DNA of 64,000 bases from Deltaproteobacteria bacterium (lineage in GTDB: Bacteria > Desulfobacterota > Syntrophia > Syntrophales > UBA8958). The notes beneath the pieces were generated by a model. That model was not told the DNA's origin and did not search any database. It saw only the letters and a program-made list of their open reading frames with translations. Numbering within the stretch: position 1 is the first letter of the stretch; each line of letters begins with the position of its first letter. The translations under genes were made by a program, and so were the position numbers. This document shows positions 1 through 8,621 of this stretch, in pieces. The stretch spans positions 21,426 to 85,425 of the forward strand of contig JAKPCH010000059.1 in assembly GCA_029553375.1 (NCBI GenBank), written 5' to 3'.

Positions 1-26
1 ATCACTGCGAAGGAGGAAGGTTTAAC

Positions 27-1259
27 ATGGGCGATGAGAAGGTATTTGGGATGCCCGCCGAGAAGGGGCGCTGGATGTTCGTTGTCCTCGGCTTCATCAT
101 CAACATCTGTCTGGGGAGTGTTTACGCCTACAGCGTCTTTCGGGGGCCCGTTCAGAAGCTGCTGAACATGAACGCCACGGAGGCGGGGATGCCCTTCATG
201 GTGTTTCTGGCCCTGTTCGCCACGATGGTCTTCTTCGGCGGGCAGGTCATGGCCAAGCTCGGCCCCAAGATGCTGGGCATCATCGGCGGCGTCATCGTCG
301 GCGTGGGCTGGATGTTGGCCAGTTTTTCCTCGAACTACATCTTTTTGACCGTCACCTACGGCATCATCGGCGGCGGCGGCGTCGGCCTGGCCTACGGCGT
401 GCCCCTGGCCGTAGTGGGCCGGTGGTTCCCCGACAAGCGCGGCCTCGCCCTGGGCCTCACCCTGGCGGGCTTCGGCGGTTCGCCCTTCGTGTCGGCCAAC
501 GTGGCCGCGGCCCTCATCAAAGCCGTCGGTCCCATGTCGACGTTCTTCTACATGGGAGCGGCCTTCCTGGTCATCCTGGCCGTCTGCTTCATTCCCTTCC
601 GCTTCCCCGCCGACGGTTGGAAACCCGCCGGCTGGACACCCCCGGCCACGGCGGCGGCCAGCGCCATCGACCTGAACATGGGTGAGATGGTCAAGACTTC
701 CACCTTCTGGGGCCTCTTCCTCTGCTACACCATCGGCTGCCTCGCCGGCCTGATGGCCATCGGCATCTCCGCCTCCGTCGCCCAGGAGGTGATCCAGATC
801 GCGCCGGCCACGGCGGCGACCCTCGTGGGCGTGTTCGCCATCTTCAACGGCGTGGGCCGACCCCTCTTCGGGACCCTGACGGACAAGCTCTCCCCGAAGA
901 CGGCGGCCGTCCTCTCCTTCGCCATCATCCTCGTCTGCTCCCTCGGCATGCTCGCCGCCGGTCCCGGCGCCGTGATGCTCTACACGCTGTGCTTCGTCGG
1001 TTTCTGGCTCTGCCTGGGCGGATGGCTGGCCATCGCCCCCACGGCGACGACCATCTTCTTCGGGGTGAAAAACTACGCCAAGAACTACGGTCTCGTCTAC
1101 TTCGCCTACGGCATCGGGGCCATCCTGGGCGGTATCATCGCCGGTCAGGCGAAGGACACCTTCGGTTCCTTCACCTTTGCCTTCTATCCCACGGCGGGTC
1201 TGGCCGTTGTCGGCATGGTCATCGCCTGGTTCATGTTGAAACCCGTCAAAAGGGCATAG
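27..1259 (+). CDS. MFS transporter, OFA/monocarboxylate (oxalate-formate/L-lactate) family
   Basis: About 12 hydrophobic segments; YAYSVF, RWFPDKRGLA and FNGVGRPLFGTLTDK motifs; AGGAGG upstream of the ATG. Confidence 0.85.
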   Translation: MGDEKVFGMPAEKGRWMFVVLGFIINICLGSVYAYSVFRGPVQKLLNMNATEAGMPFMVFLALFATMVFFGGQVMAKLGPKMLGIIGGVIVGVGWMLASFSSNYIFLTVTYGIIGGGGVGLAYGVPLAVVGRWFPDKRGLALGLTLAGFGGSPFVSANVAAALIKAVGPMSTFFYMGAAFLVILAVCFIPFRFPADGWKPAGWTPPATAAASAIDLNMGEMVKTSTFWGLFLCYTIGCLAGLMAIGISASVAQEVIQIAPATAATLVGVFAIFNGVGRPLFGTLTDKLSPKTAAVLSFAIILVCSLGMLAAGPGAVMLYTLCFVGFWLCLGGWLAIAPTATTIFFGVKNYAKNYGLVYFAYGIGAILGGIIAGQAKDTFGSFTFAFYPTAGLAVVGMVIAWFMLKPVKRA

Positions 1260-1283
1260 CAACACGGTAAAAAAGAAGTGATC

Positions 1284-1326
1284 GGGGGCGCCGTCCGCGA
1301 GGACGGCCGCCCCCTTTCTTTTTTTT
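1284..1326 (+). terminator. Intrinsic terminator, probably bidirectional
   Basis: GGGGGCGCCGTCC-GCGA-GGACGGCCGCCCCC stem followed by TTTCTTTTTTTT; A-tract upstream; lies between convergent genes. Confidence 0.8.
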
Positions 1327-1378
1327 ACGCGACACCCCGGTCAGGGACGACCGGAATCGACGTTTTGCCCTTTTTCTC

Positions 1379-2404
1379 TCAGGCCGGCTTGTCCTCGGGG
1401 AGTTCCTCGCCGAGGGCGAGACGGCAGATGTCGCTGATCATGTAGTTCGCCAAACCCGCCTCCTTGGCCTTCTTCCCCAAGGTCCGGAAGCACATGGGGC
1501 AGAGATAGACCATGGCCTGGGCCCCCTGTTTCTTGGCGTCGGCGATGTTCCGCTCCCGGAACGGTTCGAAGTTCTTCCCCCGGGGGAAGAGTTTCAGGTT
1601 CGGTCCCGCCACCTCGACGCCGCAGCAGAGGGCGTTTTCCCGGTCGTACTCCCGAGGGACCCTCTCCACCCCGATGAGGGAGAAGACCTCATCCACGTAG
1701 TGTTCCTTCTCGGGGGTGTAACGGGAGGCGCAGGGGCGCTGGTAGGCGACCTTCATGTTGAGCTTGATGACGCGGTCCCGGTGCTCATTCAGATAGCCGG
1801 CGAGGTATTCCGGCATGGAGACGGGTCGGAAGGGGAGCTTGATGCCGTACTCGGGGGCGATACCCATCAGGAGGGCATAGCAGTCCTCGTGGACGAAGAC
1901 GATCTCCTTGGCCCCCGACCTGGCGAGGTTGTCGACGAGGGCCTGGAGACGGTCCCGCATGATGGACTCGTCGCCCATGTGGGCGAACAGGACGTTGCAG
2001 AAGTAATGCCGCCCTTTGAGGAGGGGCAGGGCGGAGAAGATACTCCCCTGGATAGCCCAGGGCATGCTCCCCTCCATGACGCAGAGGGACATGACCCGTT
2101 CCTTCGGTTCCATGGGCCGGGGCTCCCCCTCCGCCTTGAAACGGTCCGCCATCTGGGCCCTCAAGGCCGGGTCGGTGAAATCCCCCAGCTCCTCCATCCT
2201 CTTGAGGATCAGGTCGAAGGGCCGGGCGCCTTTCGGACAGTACTCGTTACAGGCGATGCAGGTCACGCAGTCGTAGAGCCAGGGCGATTTCTCTCCCGCC
2301 GCGAGGCGCCTTAAGGCCTCGCCGCCCTCTTCCTCGTCGAAGGCGAGATAATGACATTTCGCCAAACAGATGCCGCAATAATCACATTTCTCCTCGTGAA
2401 ACAT
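1379..2404 (-). CDS. (Fe-S)-binding CCG-domain protein (HdrD/GlcF-like)
   Basis: Two CxxCxxCxxxC ferredoxin motifs (CDYCGICLAKC, CVTCIACNEYCP) plus CCG and CPMC; start moved to ATG 2404 behind AGGAGG. Confidence 0.8.
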   Translation of the reverse strand: MFHEEKCDYCGICLAKCHYLAFDEEEGGEALRRLAAGEKSPWLYDCVTCIACNEYCPKGARPFDLILKRMEELGDFTDPALRAQMADRFKAEGEPRPMEPKERVMSLCVMEGSMPWAIQGSIFSALPLLKGRHYFCNVLFAHMGDESIMRDRLQALVDNLARSGAKEIVFVHEDCYALLMGIAPEYGIKLPFRPVSMPEYLAGYLNEHRDRVIKLNMKVAYQRPCASRYTPEKEHYVDEVFSLIGVERVPREYDRENALCCGVEVAGPNLKLFPRGKNFEPFRERNIADAKKQGAQAMVYLCPMCFRTLGKKAKEAGLANYMISDICRLALGEELPEDKPA

Positions 2405-2443
2405 GTTCACCTCCTGATTTGTTTATCCCCTGCAACCCGGCGG

Positions 2444-3400
2444 TCACGCCGCCCGGAAGGTGGTCTTCGTCCCCGCCATGTTCAGCAGGAAGGCCTTCCC
2501 CATGGCCCCCTCCATGGCCATGATCGCCTTCCGGCCCGTGCAGTGCATGGGCACGACGTAGTCGGGTTTCATTCTCATGAGCTCTTCCGTGGTCCTTTCG
2601 ATAATCGGTTCGAAGAGGGGGCCCGACAGGTGGAACCCCCCCATGACGGCGTGTATCTTGTCGATCCCCGTCACCTCCACGGCGTGGCGCACCGTGTTGA
2701 CGATCCCCGCGTGGGCGCACCCCGAAAGGATGACGAGGCCCCTGTTTCTAACGTTCATGACGATGGAGGTATCGTCCTCGATGGCGTCCCATTTTTCCGT
2801 GCCCCCGTCCTCCCAGTAGGCGATGGGGAAGCCGCGCTCGAAGTCCGTCTTCCGGGGGATCTCCCCCAGGAAAAGGACCGTGTCGTCGAGGATGAGGCGC
2901 GGCTCGGACGTCGCCACGGGGGTGAAACCCGCCTCCTCGACCATCTCCTTGGTGAGTTTCGGGAAGTTGACCCTCAGGGCGGGCCCCATCTTGAGATAGC
3001 GGGGGCTCTTGAAAGCGGCGGGGTGGACGAAGAGGGGGGTCTTTCTCCCGCCGGCGAGGGCGCCGAGGGCCTTCATACCCCCCGTGTGGTCGCTGTGGCC
3101 GTGGGAGAGGACGGCCGCCTCGATCTTCGTGAGGTCCACGCCCAGGGTCTTGACGTTCCTGGCCGCCCCGTCCTCGGAGAAACCGAAATCGAACAAAAGA
3201 CAGCGGGACCGCCCCTGAGACGAAGTCGTCACCAGGGCCGAGAAACCGTGCTCGGCGACGATCGACGCCCTGATCTCGCCTTCCTTCAGGGGAATCGCCC
3301 TCGTTACGACCTCCGTGTTGTCCGTCGCGGTGATGTCGATATAATTGTCCTGCAAGGTCAGGATCTCCACCTGATCTACGGCCTTGGGGGTCATGTTCAT
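2444..3400 (-). CDS. MBL-fold metallo-hydrolase (DHPS-like/COG1237 type)
   Basis: AEHGFS, LSHGHSDHTGG, SGCAHAG, GGFHL and PMHCTG motifs. Confidence 0.85.
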   Translation of the reverse strand: MNMTPKAVDQVEILTLQDNYIDITATDNTEVVTRAIPLKEGEIRASIVAEHGFSALVTTSSQGRSRCLLFDFGFSEDGAARNVKTLGVDLTKIEAAVLSHGHSDHTGGMKALGALAGGRKTPLFVHPAAFKSPRYLKMGPALRVNFPKLTKEMVEEAGFTPVATSEPRLILDDTVLFLGEIPRKTDFERGFPIAYWEDGGTEKWDAIEDDTSIVMNVRNRGLVILSGCAHAGIVNTVRHAVEVTGIDKIHAVMGGFHLSGPLFEPIIERTTEELMRMKPDYVVPMHCTGRKAIMAMEGAMGKAFLLNMAGTKTTFRAA

Positions 3401-3436
3401 CGTTCTTTCTCCTTTCTTTCGTCTTTTTTGAGGCCC

Positions 3437-3775
3437 TCAGTGGTCGCAGGCATTTTCCCCCGTCTCGAGGTTACCGGCGAGGAAGCGGCGGACGAGTTCC
3501 TCCGGCGGGGCGGCGGGGGCGCCGGTGATCACCCGGATGCCGTAGGAGGAAAATAAACCCAGGGCCCGCTGACCCATGCCGCCGGCGATGACGGTGTCAA
3601 CCCCTTCCCCGGCGAGCCATTTCGGCAACAGCCCCGGCTGGTGGGGCGGTGCCGCCAGGTCGTTCCTCCCTCTGATCTCTCCCGTCGCCTCATCGGCCTC
3701 GATGACGGCGAAGGACTCGCAGTGACCGAAATGGGCGCAGAGCAGCCCCCGGTAAACAGGTACGGCAAACTTCAT
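3437..3775 (-). CDS. NifB/NifX family Mo-Fe cluster-binding protein
   Basis: HFGHC, HQPG, IAGGMG, C-terminal ENACDH; start MKFAVP at 3775 behind GGAGGAG. Confidence 0.85.
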   Translation of the reverse strand: MKFAVPVYRGLLCAHFGHCESFAVIEADEATGEIRGRNDLAAPPHQPGLLPKWLAGEGVDTVIAGGMGQRALGLFSSYGIRVITGAPAAPPEELVRRFLAGNLETGENACDH

Positions 3776-3788
3776 GATCTCCTCCGTG

Positions 3789-4604
3789 TCAATCCTTCTT
3801 ATCTTTCTCGTCACCGAACAAGGCCGCGAGGATCCCCTGCATGATCTTCCCCGTGGCCGTCGCCCCGTAATGGTAGACGAACACCTTGCCCTTGTCGCCC
3901 GCCTCCGCCACGGTGGGATCCATCGGGATCGATCCCAGATAGGGCACCTTCTTGTCCGCGGCGATCTCCCGTCCCCCCTCCCCCGGGAAGATCCGTGTGA
4001 TCTCGCCGCACTTGGGGCAGACGAAACCGCTCATGTTCTCGATAACCCCCAGGACGGGCACAGAGAGGCGGCGGCAGAAGGAGACGCACTTGCGCACGTC
4101 CACGGCGGCCACGCGCTGGGGGGTCGTGACGATCACCGCGCCGTCCAGGGGCTGGATGAGCTGACACAGCGACAGGGGTTCGTCACCCGTCCCCGGGGGG
4201 GCGTCGATGATGAGGTAATCCAGGTCACCCCAATCGACATCGGAAAGGAACTGGCGGATGACGCCCATCTTGAGGGGGCCGCGCCAGATGACGGCGTCGT
4301 CGGGGTTCTGGAGGAGGAAACCCAGGGACATGACCTTCAGGGACCCCAGCCGCACGGGGTGGATCTCCCCTTCCCGGCCCGTGAGGGAGGGGGTTTCCAG
4401 ACCCAGCATGGTGGGGACGCTGGGGCCGTGGATGTCGATGTCGAGGAGACCGACGGCGTATCCCGCCACGGCCGCCGCCGTCGCCAGATTCACGGCCACG
4501 GTGCTCTTCCCCACCCCTCCCTTGCCCGAGAGGACGATGATCTTGTGTCGGATGCGACTCAGGCGGCTCTGTATCTTCTCCCTCTCTACCCCTTCATCCT
4601 TCAT
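3789..4604 (-). CDS. mrp: Mrp/ApbC/NBP35 Fe-S cluster carrier ATPase
   Basis: [39 protein letters not shown]. Confidence 0.9.
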   Translation of the reverse strand: MKDEGVEREKIQSRLSRIRHKIIVLSGKGGVGKSTVAVNLATAAAVAGYAVGLLDIDIHGPSVPTMLGLETPSLTGREGEIHPVRLGSLKVMSLGFLLQNPDDAVIWRGPLKMGVIRQFLSDVDWGDLDYLIIDAPPGTGDEPLSLCQLIQPLDGAVIVTTPQRVAAVDVRKCVSFCRRLSVPVLGVIENMSGFVCPKCGEITRIFPGEGGREIAADKKVPYLGSIPMDPTVAEAGDKGKVFVYHYGATATGKIMQGILAALFGDEKDKKD

Positions 4605-4619
4605 CTTGTCCGCAACCTC

Positions 4620-5480
4620 CTAAAAATCCAAATTTTCCCATAGCTTCAGGATATCTTCGGCGCAGGGGGCGTCCGTCTCCACCACGGCCTTTCGGGCCAA
4701 CTGGGCCCGCGTGACACCCCCGTCATAGCGGATGCGGCCCAGGACAATCGCCCCGGCCTTCACGGCCTCTTCCTCCACGGCCTCGGTCATCCCGGGGTTG
4801 AGGTCCCACTTGTTGACGGCGACATAAGCGGGGATGCGGAAATGGGCCGTCAGGGCCAGGACGCGGTCGAGGTCGTGGACCCCGGACACGGTGGGCTCGG
4901 TGACGACGAGGGCCGCCGTCGCTCCCGTCAGGGAGGCGATGACGGGGCAACCGATCCCCGGTGGGCCGTCGCAGACGACCCTGTCGATCCCCCTCTCCCC
5001 GGCGAGTCTCCTGGCCTCCCTCCTGACGAGGGATACGAGCTTCCCCGAGTTCTCCGCCCCGATACCCAGGCGGGCGTGGACCAGGGGTCCGCACCGGGTC
5101 TCGGAGACAAACCATTTCCCGCAGTACCGCTCGGTAAAGGTGACGGCCGCGGCGGGACAGAAACGGACGCACACGCCGCAACCCTCACATGACAGGGGGT
5201 CGATCGTAAAGACGCCCCCCTGTCCCATCCTTACGGCATCGAAGCGGCAGAGGTCGGCGCAAACGCCGCAGGACGTGCAGAGATCGGCCTCGATCCGCGC
5301 CTCCCGGCCGCTGTAGAAATCGTGGTCCTCCCTGATCTCCGGAGCGAGGACGAGGGGCAGGTCCGAGGCGTCCACGTCGCAGTCGCAGAGGACCGCCCCA
5401 CCGGCGAGGACGGCGAAAGAGGCGGTGACGCTCGTCTTTCCCGTCCCTCCCTTGCCGCTGATGACGATCAGTTCCTTCAC
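4620..5480 (-). CDS. MinD-superfamily P-loop ATPase with inserted 2x[4Fe-4S] ferredoxin (COG1149)
   Basis: SGKGGTGKT, DCDVDA, CTSCGVC/CEGCGVC, ENSGKLV, DGPPGIGCP. Confidence 0.9.
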   Translation of the reverse strand: MKELIVISGKGGTGKTSVTASFAVLAGGAVLCDCDVDASDLPLVLAPEIREDHDFYSGREARIEADLCTSCGVCADLCRFDAVRMGQGGVFTIDPLSCEGCGVCVRFCPAAAVTFTERYCGKWFVSETRCGPLVHARLGIGAENSGKLVSLVRREARRLAGERGIDRVVCDGPPGIGCPVIASLTGATAALVVTEPTVSGVHDLDRVLALTAHFRIPAYVAVNKWDLNPGMTEAVEEEAVKAGAIVLGRIRYDGGVTRAQLARKAVVETDAPCAEDILKLWENLDF

Positions 5481-5740
5481 CGCCGCGCCCCGCAGCCGGG
5501 GTGTTCGCAGGGGTCAGGGCGCCCGCAGCACGTCGTGCCCGCATCTGCGAAGGAACAGGCCCCGGACCGGTCGGGGTGCCTCCCGGCGGACCCTTTGACG
5601 ATAAATCCTCCGCCGCCGCTGATCAGCCTCTTCAAAGGTCCCCCGCAATGGGGGCACACCGTGAGGGGAGGGTCCATCATCCCCTGACGGCGTTCGACAG
5701 CGGCACCGCACCCCTCGCAAAGGTACTCGTAGGTAGGCAT
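5477..5740 (-). CDS. FmdB-family zinc-ribbon protein
   Basis: MPTYEYLCEGCG...CPHCGG..KRLIS with a Cys-rich tail. Confidence 0.85.
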   Translation of the reverse strand: MPTYEYLCEGCGAAVERRQGMMDPPLTVCPHCGGPLKRLISGGGGFIVKGSAGRHPDRSGACSFADAGTTCCGRPDPCEHPGCGARR

Positions 5741-5742
5741 AA

Positions 5743-6591
5743 TCAGGACTCCTTCCTCCCATCGCCCGCGAGGATGATCTTCGCCAGGTCCTCGAAACGG
5801 GCCCTATGATCCCCGCCGTGCTCCACGACCAGGCCGCCGCGGGAATAGATCTCGGCGACGCGGCGGTCCTCCGGTATCTCCATCAACACGGGGATCCCTT
5901 CCCCCCCACAATAGGCGTGCACCCCCCCGTCACCTCCGCCCGCCCTGTTGATCACGCAGGCGGCCCGAAGGCCCAGGGCCTTCGTCGTCTCCACGGCGAT
6001 CTCGAGGTCGTGGAGGCCGAAGGGGGTCGGTTCCGCCACCAGCAGGACCAGGTCCGTGTCGCGGACGGCGGCGATGACGGGGCATGAGGCACCGGGGGGG
6101 GCGTCGATGACGGCGATCCCGCCGCCGTCGCCGCCCGCCCTGACGGCCCTGACGAGGGGAGGCGCCATGGGGACTCCCACATCCAGGCGTCCGCCCCGAA
6201 GCGTTATCCCCCTCGCGTGGATCGTCTCCACGACGCCTATCCTCCTGGGCACCTCCGTGACGGCCCCCCGGGGGCAGACGAGGCGGCAACCGCCGCAGCC
6301 GTGGCACAGTTCGGGGAAGACGAGGACCTCCGTCCCCAGAATCACCAAGGCCCCGTAGGCGCAGAAATCGGCGCAGGCCCCGCAGCGGTCGCAGAGCCCC
6401 TCGTCGACGACGGGCAGGGGTACGGTCACCACCTCCTCCCCCACCTTCTCTCCCCGGAGGAAGAGATGGGCATTGGGCTCCTCGACGTCGCAGTCATAGA
6501 GGCGGCAACCCGCGCCCATAACGGCGGCGAGGTTGACGGCCACGGTCGTCTTGCCCGTCCCCCCTTTGCCCGAGGCCACGGCGATCCTCAC
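5743..6591 (-). CDS. Second COG1149 P-loop ATPase with 2x[4Fe-4S]
   Basis: GTG start overlapping the TrmO stop (GTGA); ASGKGGTGKT, DCDVEEPN, CDRCGAC, CHGCGGC, EPTPFGLHDL. Confidence 0.9.
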   Translation of the reverse strand: MRIAVASGKGGTGKTTVAVNLAAVMGAGCRLYDCDVEEPNAHLFLRGEKVGEEVVTVPLPVVDEGLCDRCGACADFCAYGALVILGTEVLVFPELCHGCGGCRLVCPRGAVTEVPRRIGVVETIHARGITLRGGRLDVGVPMAPPLVRAVRAGGDGGGIAVIDAPPGASCPVIAAVRDTDLVLLVAEPTPFGLHDLEIAVETTKALGLRAACVINRAGGGDGGVHAYCGGEGIPVLMEIPEDRRVAEIYSRGGLVVEHGGDHRARFEDLAKIILAGDGRKES

Positions 6592-7073
6592 TTTCGCCCC
6601 CCGCACCTTGCCGCCGTCTCCTCGTCGATCCCCTCGTGCCAGCCGCAGCGGGGGTTTCGTACCTCGTCGAACCTCTTGACGTAGGGTTTGATGTCGAGGA
6701 GGGGGGTACCGTCGAGGATGTCCACATCCTCCACGTGGAGGGTGCGGCCCTCGATCCCCTTCAGGGCGACGATACTCAGGCCGATGGCGTTGGGCCGCCT
6801 CGGCGCCCGGGTGGAGAAGAGCCCCCTCTCGACGACGTCGAGGAACGGCTTGACGAGGAGGCTGAAACCGCAACTGAGGTGAAAATGGTAGAGGAGATAG
6901 ACGTGGGAGAAACCCTCGAGGTCCTTCAGGCCGGCGGCGTAAGGCGGGAACACCTCTACCACTCCCCGGACGCCCCGGGCGAAGGCCCCCTGGACGGGGG
7001 TCGCCTCCGGGTCCGTGTGGGGGCTGTGGATGATGCCGATGGGGCGATAGGTGAAGGCCTCGGCTTCGCTCAT
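6588..7073 (-). CDS. tsaA: TrmO/TsaA (YaeB) SAM-binding tRNA m6t6A methyltransferase family, single domain
   Basis: PIGIIHSP, GLFSTRAPRRPNAIGLS, DILDGTPLLDIKPY; start MSEAE at 7073 (ATGA overlap). Confidence 0.85.
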   Translation of the reverse strand: MSEAEAFTYRPIGIIHSPHTDPEATPVQGAFARGVRGVVEVFPPYAAGLKDLEGFSHVYLLYHFHLSCGFSLLVKPFLDVVERGLFSTRAPRRPNAIGLSIVALKGIEGRTLHVEDVDILDGTPLLDIKPYVKRFDEVRNPRCGWHEGIDEETAARCGGRK

Positions 7074-7432
7074 GACCAGTGACCGTCCACGTCGGCGGCG
7101 GCGGCCTCCCTCAACCGGCCCTCCCGATAGAGGGACAGGGCCTCGCGGACGGTCTTGGCCTCGGTGTTGTAGACCTTGACCCCCGCCGCCGTCAGGACCC
7201 GGAAGGCCTTGGGACCGCAATGGCCCGTCACGACGGCCTTGGCCCCCGTCCGGGCGATACGCTGGGCCGCCTGCACCCCCGCCCCCTGGGAGGCGTTCAT
7301 GTTCTTCTCGTTGTCCACGACCTCATAATTATCCCCAGAGAGGTCATAGACGAGAAACTTGGACGCCCGTCCGAAACGTTCGTCCAGAGGGGCGTCCAGG
7401 TTTTCACCGCTGGTGGTAAACGCGATCTTCAC
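7070..7432 (-). CDS. NifB/NifX family protein, Orange protein (ORP)-like
   Basis: MKIAFT, DERFGRA, ASQGAGVQAAQ, TGHCGPKAF, C-terminal GHW. Confidence 0.85.
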   Translation of the reverse strand: MKIAFTTSGENLDAPLDERFGRASKFLVYDLSGDNYEVVDNEKNMNASQGAGVQAAQRIARTGAKAVVTGHCGPKAFRVLTAAGVKVYNTEAKTVREALSLYREGRLREAAAADVDGHWS

Positions 7433-7468
7433 CTTTTTCCATCCTTACCGCTTCCCCGGGGGGCCTCG

Positions 7469-7771
7469 TCACGCGCCCTGGGGCCCGAGTTCCCCCAGGC
7501 GCCTCTTCAGGGCGTCGAGCTCCCCCTCGAGGACCTTGATCCTGCCCTCGAGGAGCTCCTTCTCCACGGCCGTGTCAGGGGCGCCGAACCATCGCCAAAA
7601 GCGACCCGGCATCCCCGTGGCCCAGAAGCGGTGACGCCTCCCGAAACCACCGCCGCGCCGGAGGGGCAGGGGGTTGTAGCAGCCGGCGACCCCGTAGCCG
7701 GCACAGTAGCCGGCGCCGCGACCCGTCATGGGCCCCATTCCCCAGGGACCCGTCCCGTCGCCTGCAGGCAT
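7469..7771 (-). CDS. DUF5320-like Gly-rich small protein
   Basis: MPAGDGTGPWGMGPMTGRGAGYC signature and C-terminal coiled coil. Confidence 0.8.
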   Translation of the reverse strand: MPAGDGTGPWGMGPMTGRGAGYCAGYGVAGCYNPLPLRRGGGFGRRHRFWATGMPGRFWRWFGAPDTAVEKELLEGRIKVLEGELDALKRRLGELGPQGA

Positions 7772-7796
7772 ATACCACACCTCCTTTCTCTTGTAA

Positions 7797-8018
7797 TCAT
7801 TCCCTCACCATCGTCGTGCCGCACTGGGGGCACGTCCTCTCGAAACAGGGGACACCGCGCTCGTGGGGTTCCCGTCGGCCGCATTGGGGGCAGACGCAGA
7901 AGCCTCCGGGACCAGCGCCCCGTCCTCCCTTTTGACCGCGCCCGCCTTGCCGACCGGGGCCGCCCCCGGGGACCGACCCAGCGCCGCCGCCCCTGTTTCC
8001 CTTACCTTGTCCGTACAT
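7797..8018 (-). CDS. Small Gly-rich double-CxxC zinc-ribbon protein
   Basis: GPGGFCVCPQCG..EPHERGVPC..RTCPQCG..MVR. Confidence 0.75.
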   Translation of the reverse strand: MYGQGKGNRGGGAGSVPGGGPGRQGGRGQKGGRGAGPGGFCVCPQCGRREPHERGVPCFERTCPQCGTTMVRE

Positions 8019-8039
8019 CCCTCTCTCCCCTTTCCAGGT

Positions 8040-8444
8040 TCATGTCGTACCGCCCCTACCCCCGTGACGACGGCACCGGCCGCGGCCGCAGCGGATCATC
8101 GTGTTTCTCCCCCTGCAGCCGGGGAGGGCGTACTCGTCCTTCTGCAAATCCCCGTTGACGTAGGCCCTCACCACCTCCCGGACCTCTCCCCTGACAAAGG
8201 GGATGACACCGACACCCAAGGCGGCTATGGCCCCCATCTGCTGTCTCGATATGGCGCCGCAGACGAGGGCCTCGACACCGAGATCGGCTATCCGCTTCGC
8301 CCGCAGGGTCGGGTCGCCCTCCTGGATGCGGACGGTCCGGGTCCCGATGTTACCGCCCCCGTCCGTCTCCACGATCAGGACCTGGTCCGCCGCGTCGAAG
8401 ACGGTGGAGATGCGGTCCTTCCATACCGATAAGGCGATCTTCAT
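8040..8444 (-). CDS. NifB/NifX family protein, first gene of the operon
   Basis: MKIALSVWKDRISTVFD, LVCGAIS, LPGC; start re-assigned to 8444. Confidence 0.8.
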   Translation of the reverse strand: MKIALSVWKDRISTVFDAADQVLIVETDGGGNIGTRTVRIQEGDPTLRAKRIADLGVEALVCGAISRQQMGAIAALGVGVIPFVRGEVREVVRAYVNGDLQKDEYALPGCRGRNTMIRCGRGRCRRHGGRGGTT

Positions 8445-8477
8445 GGGGCTTTTCCCTGTCATGCCGCCTTTACATAC

Positions 8478-8492
8478 GCAATATCGATGCCA
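8478..8492 (-). promoter_or_regulatory. sigma54 -24/-12 promoter of the ORP-like operon
   Basis: Minus strand TGGCAT-CGATA-TTGC matches TGGCAC-N5-TTGC; adjacent to a sigma54 activator gene. Confidence 0.85.
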
Positions 8493-8574
8493 GGGGTGGA
8501 CATGATAATACTTCAATTAATTCAAGAGATTGCAAAAGGGACGGTTGTCGGTGACGGGCTGCTAAGTCCTAATA

Positions 8575-8620
8575 TGCGACACAGCGTCGCAACAGTGTTG
8601 CATTACGCGACATTTGTCGT
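8575..8620. promoter_or_regulatory. Putative enhancer (UAS) array for the sigma54 activator
   Basis: Perfect palindrome TGCGAC-ACAGC-GTCGCA (8575-8591) and TGTTGC-ATTAC-GCGACA (8596-8612), about 85-130 bp upstream of the -24 box. Confidence 0.65.
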
Positions 8621-8621
8621 C

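Noticed and set aside
3437-8444. Nitrogen fixation inferred from the NifB/NifX domains
   Set aside because: No nifHDK or nifEN in the window; the context matches the ORP cluster
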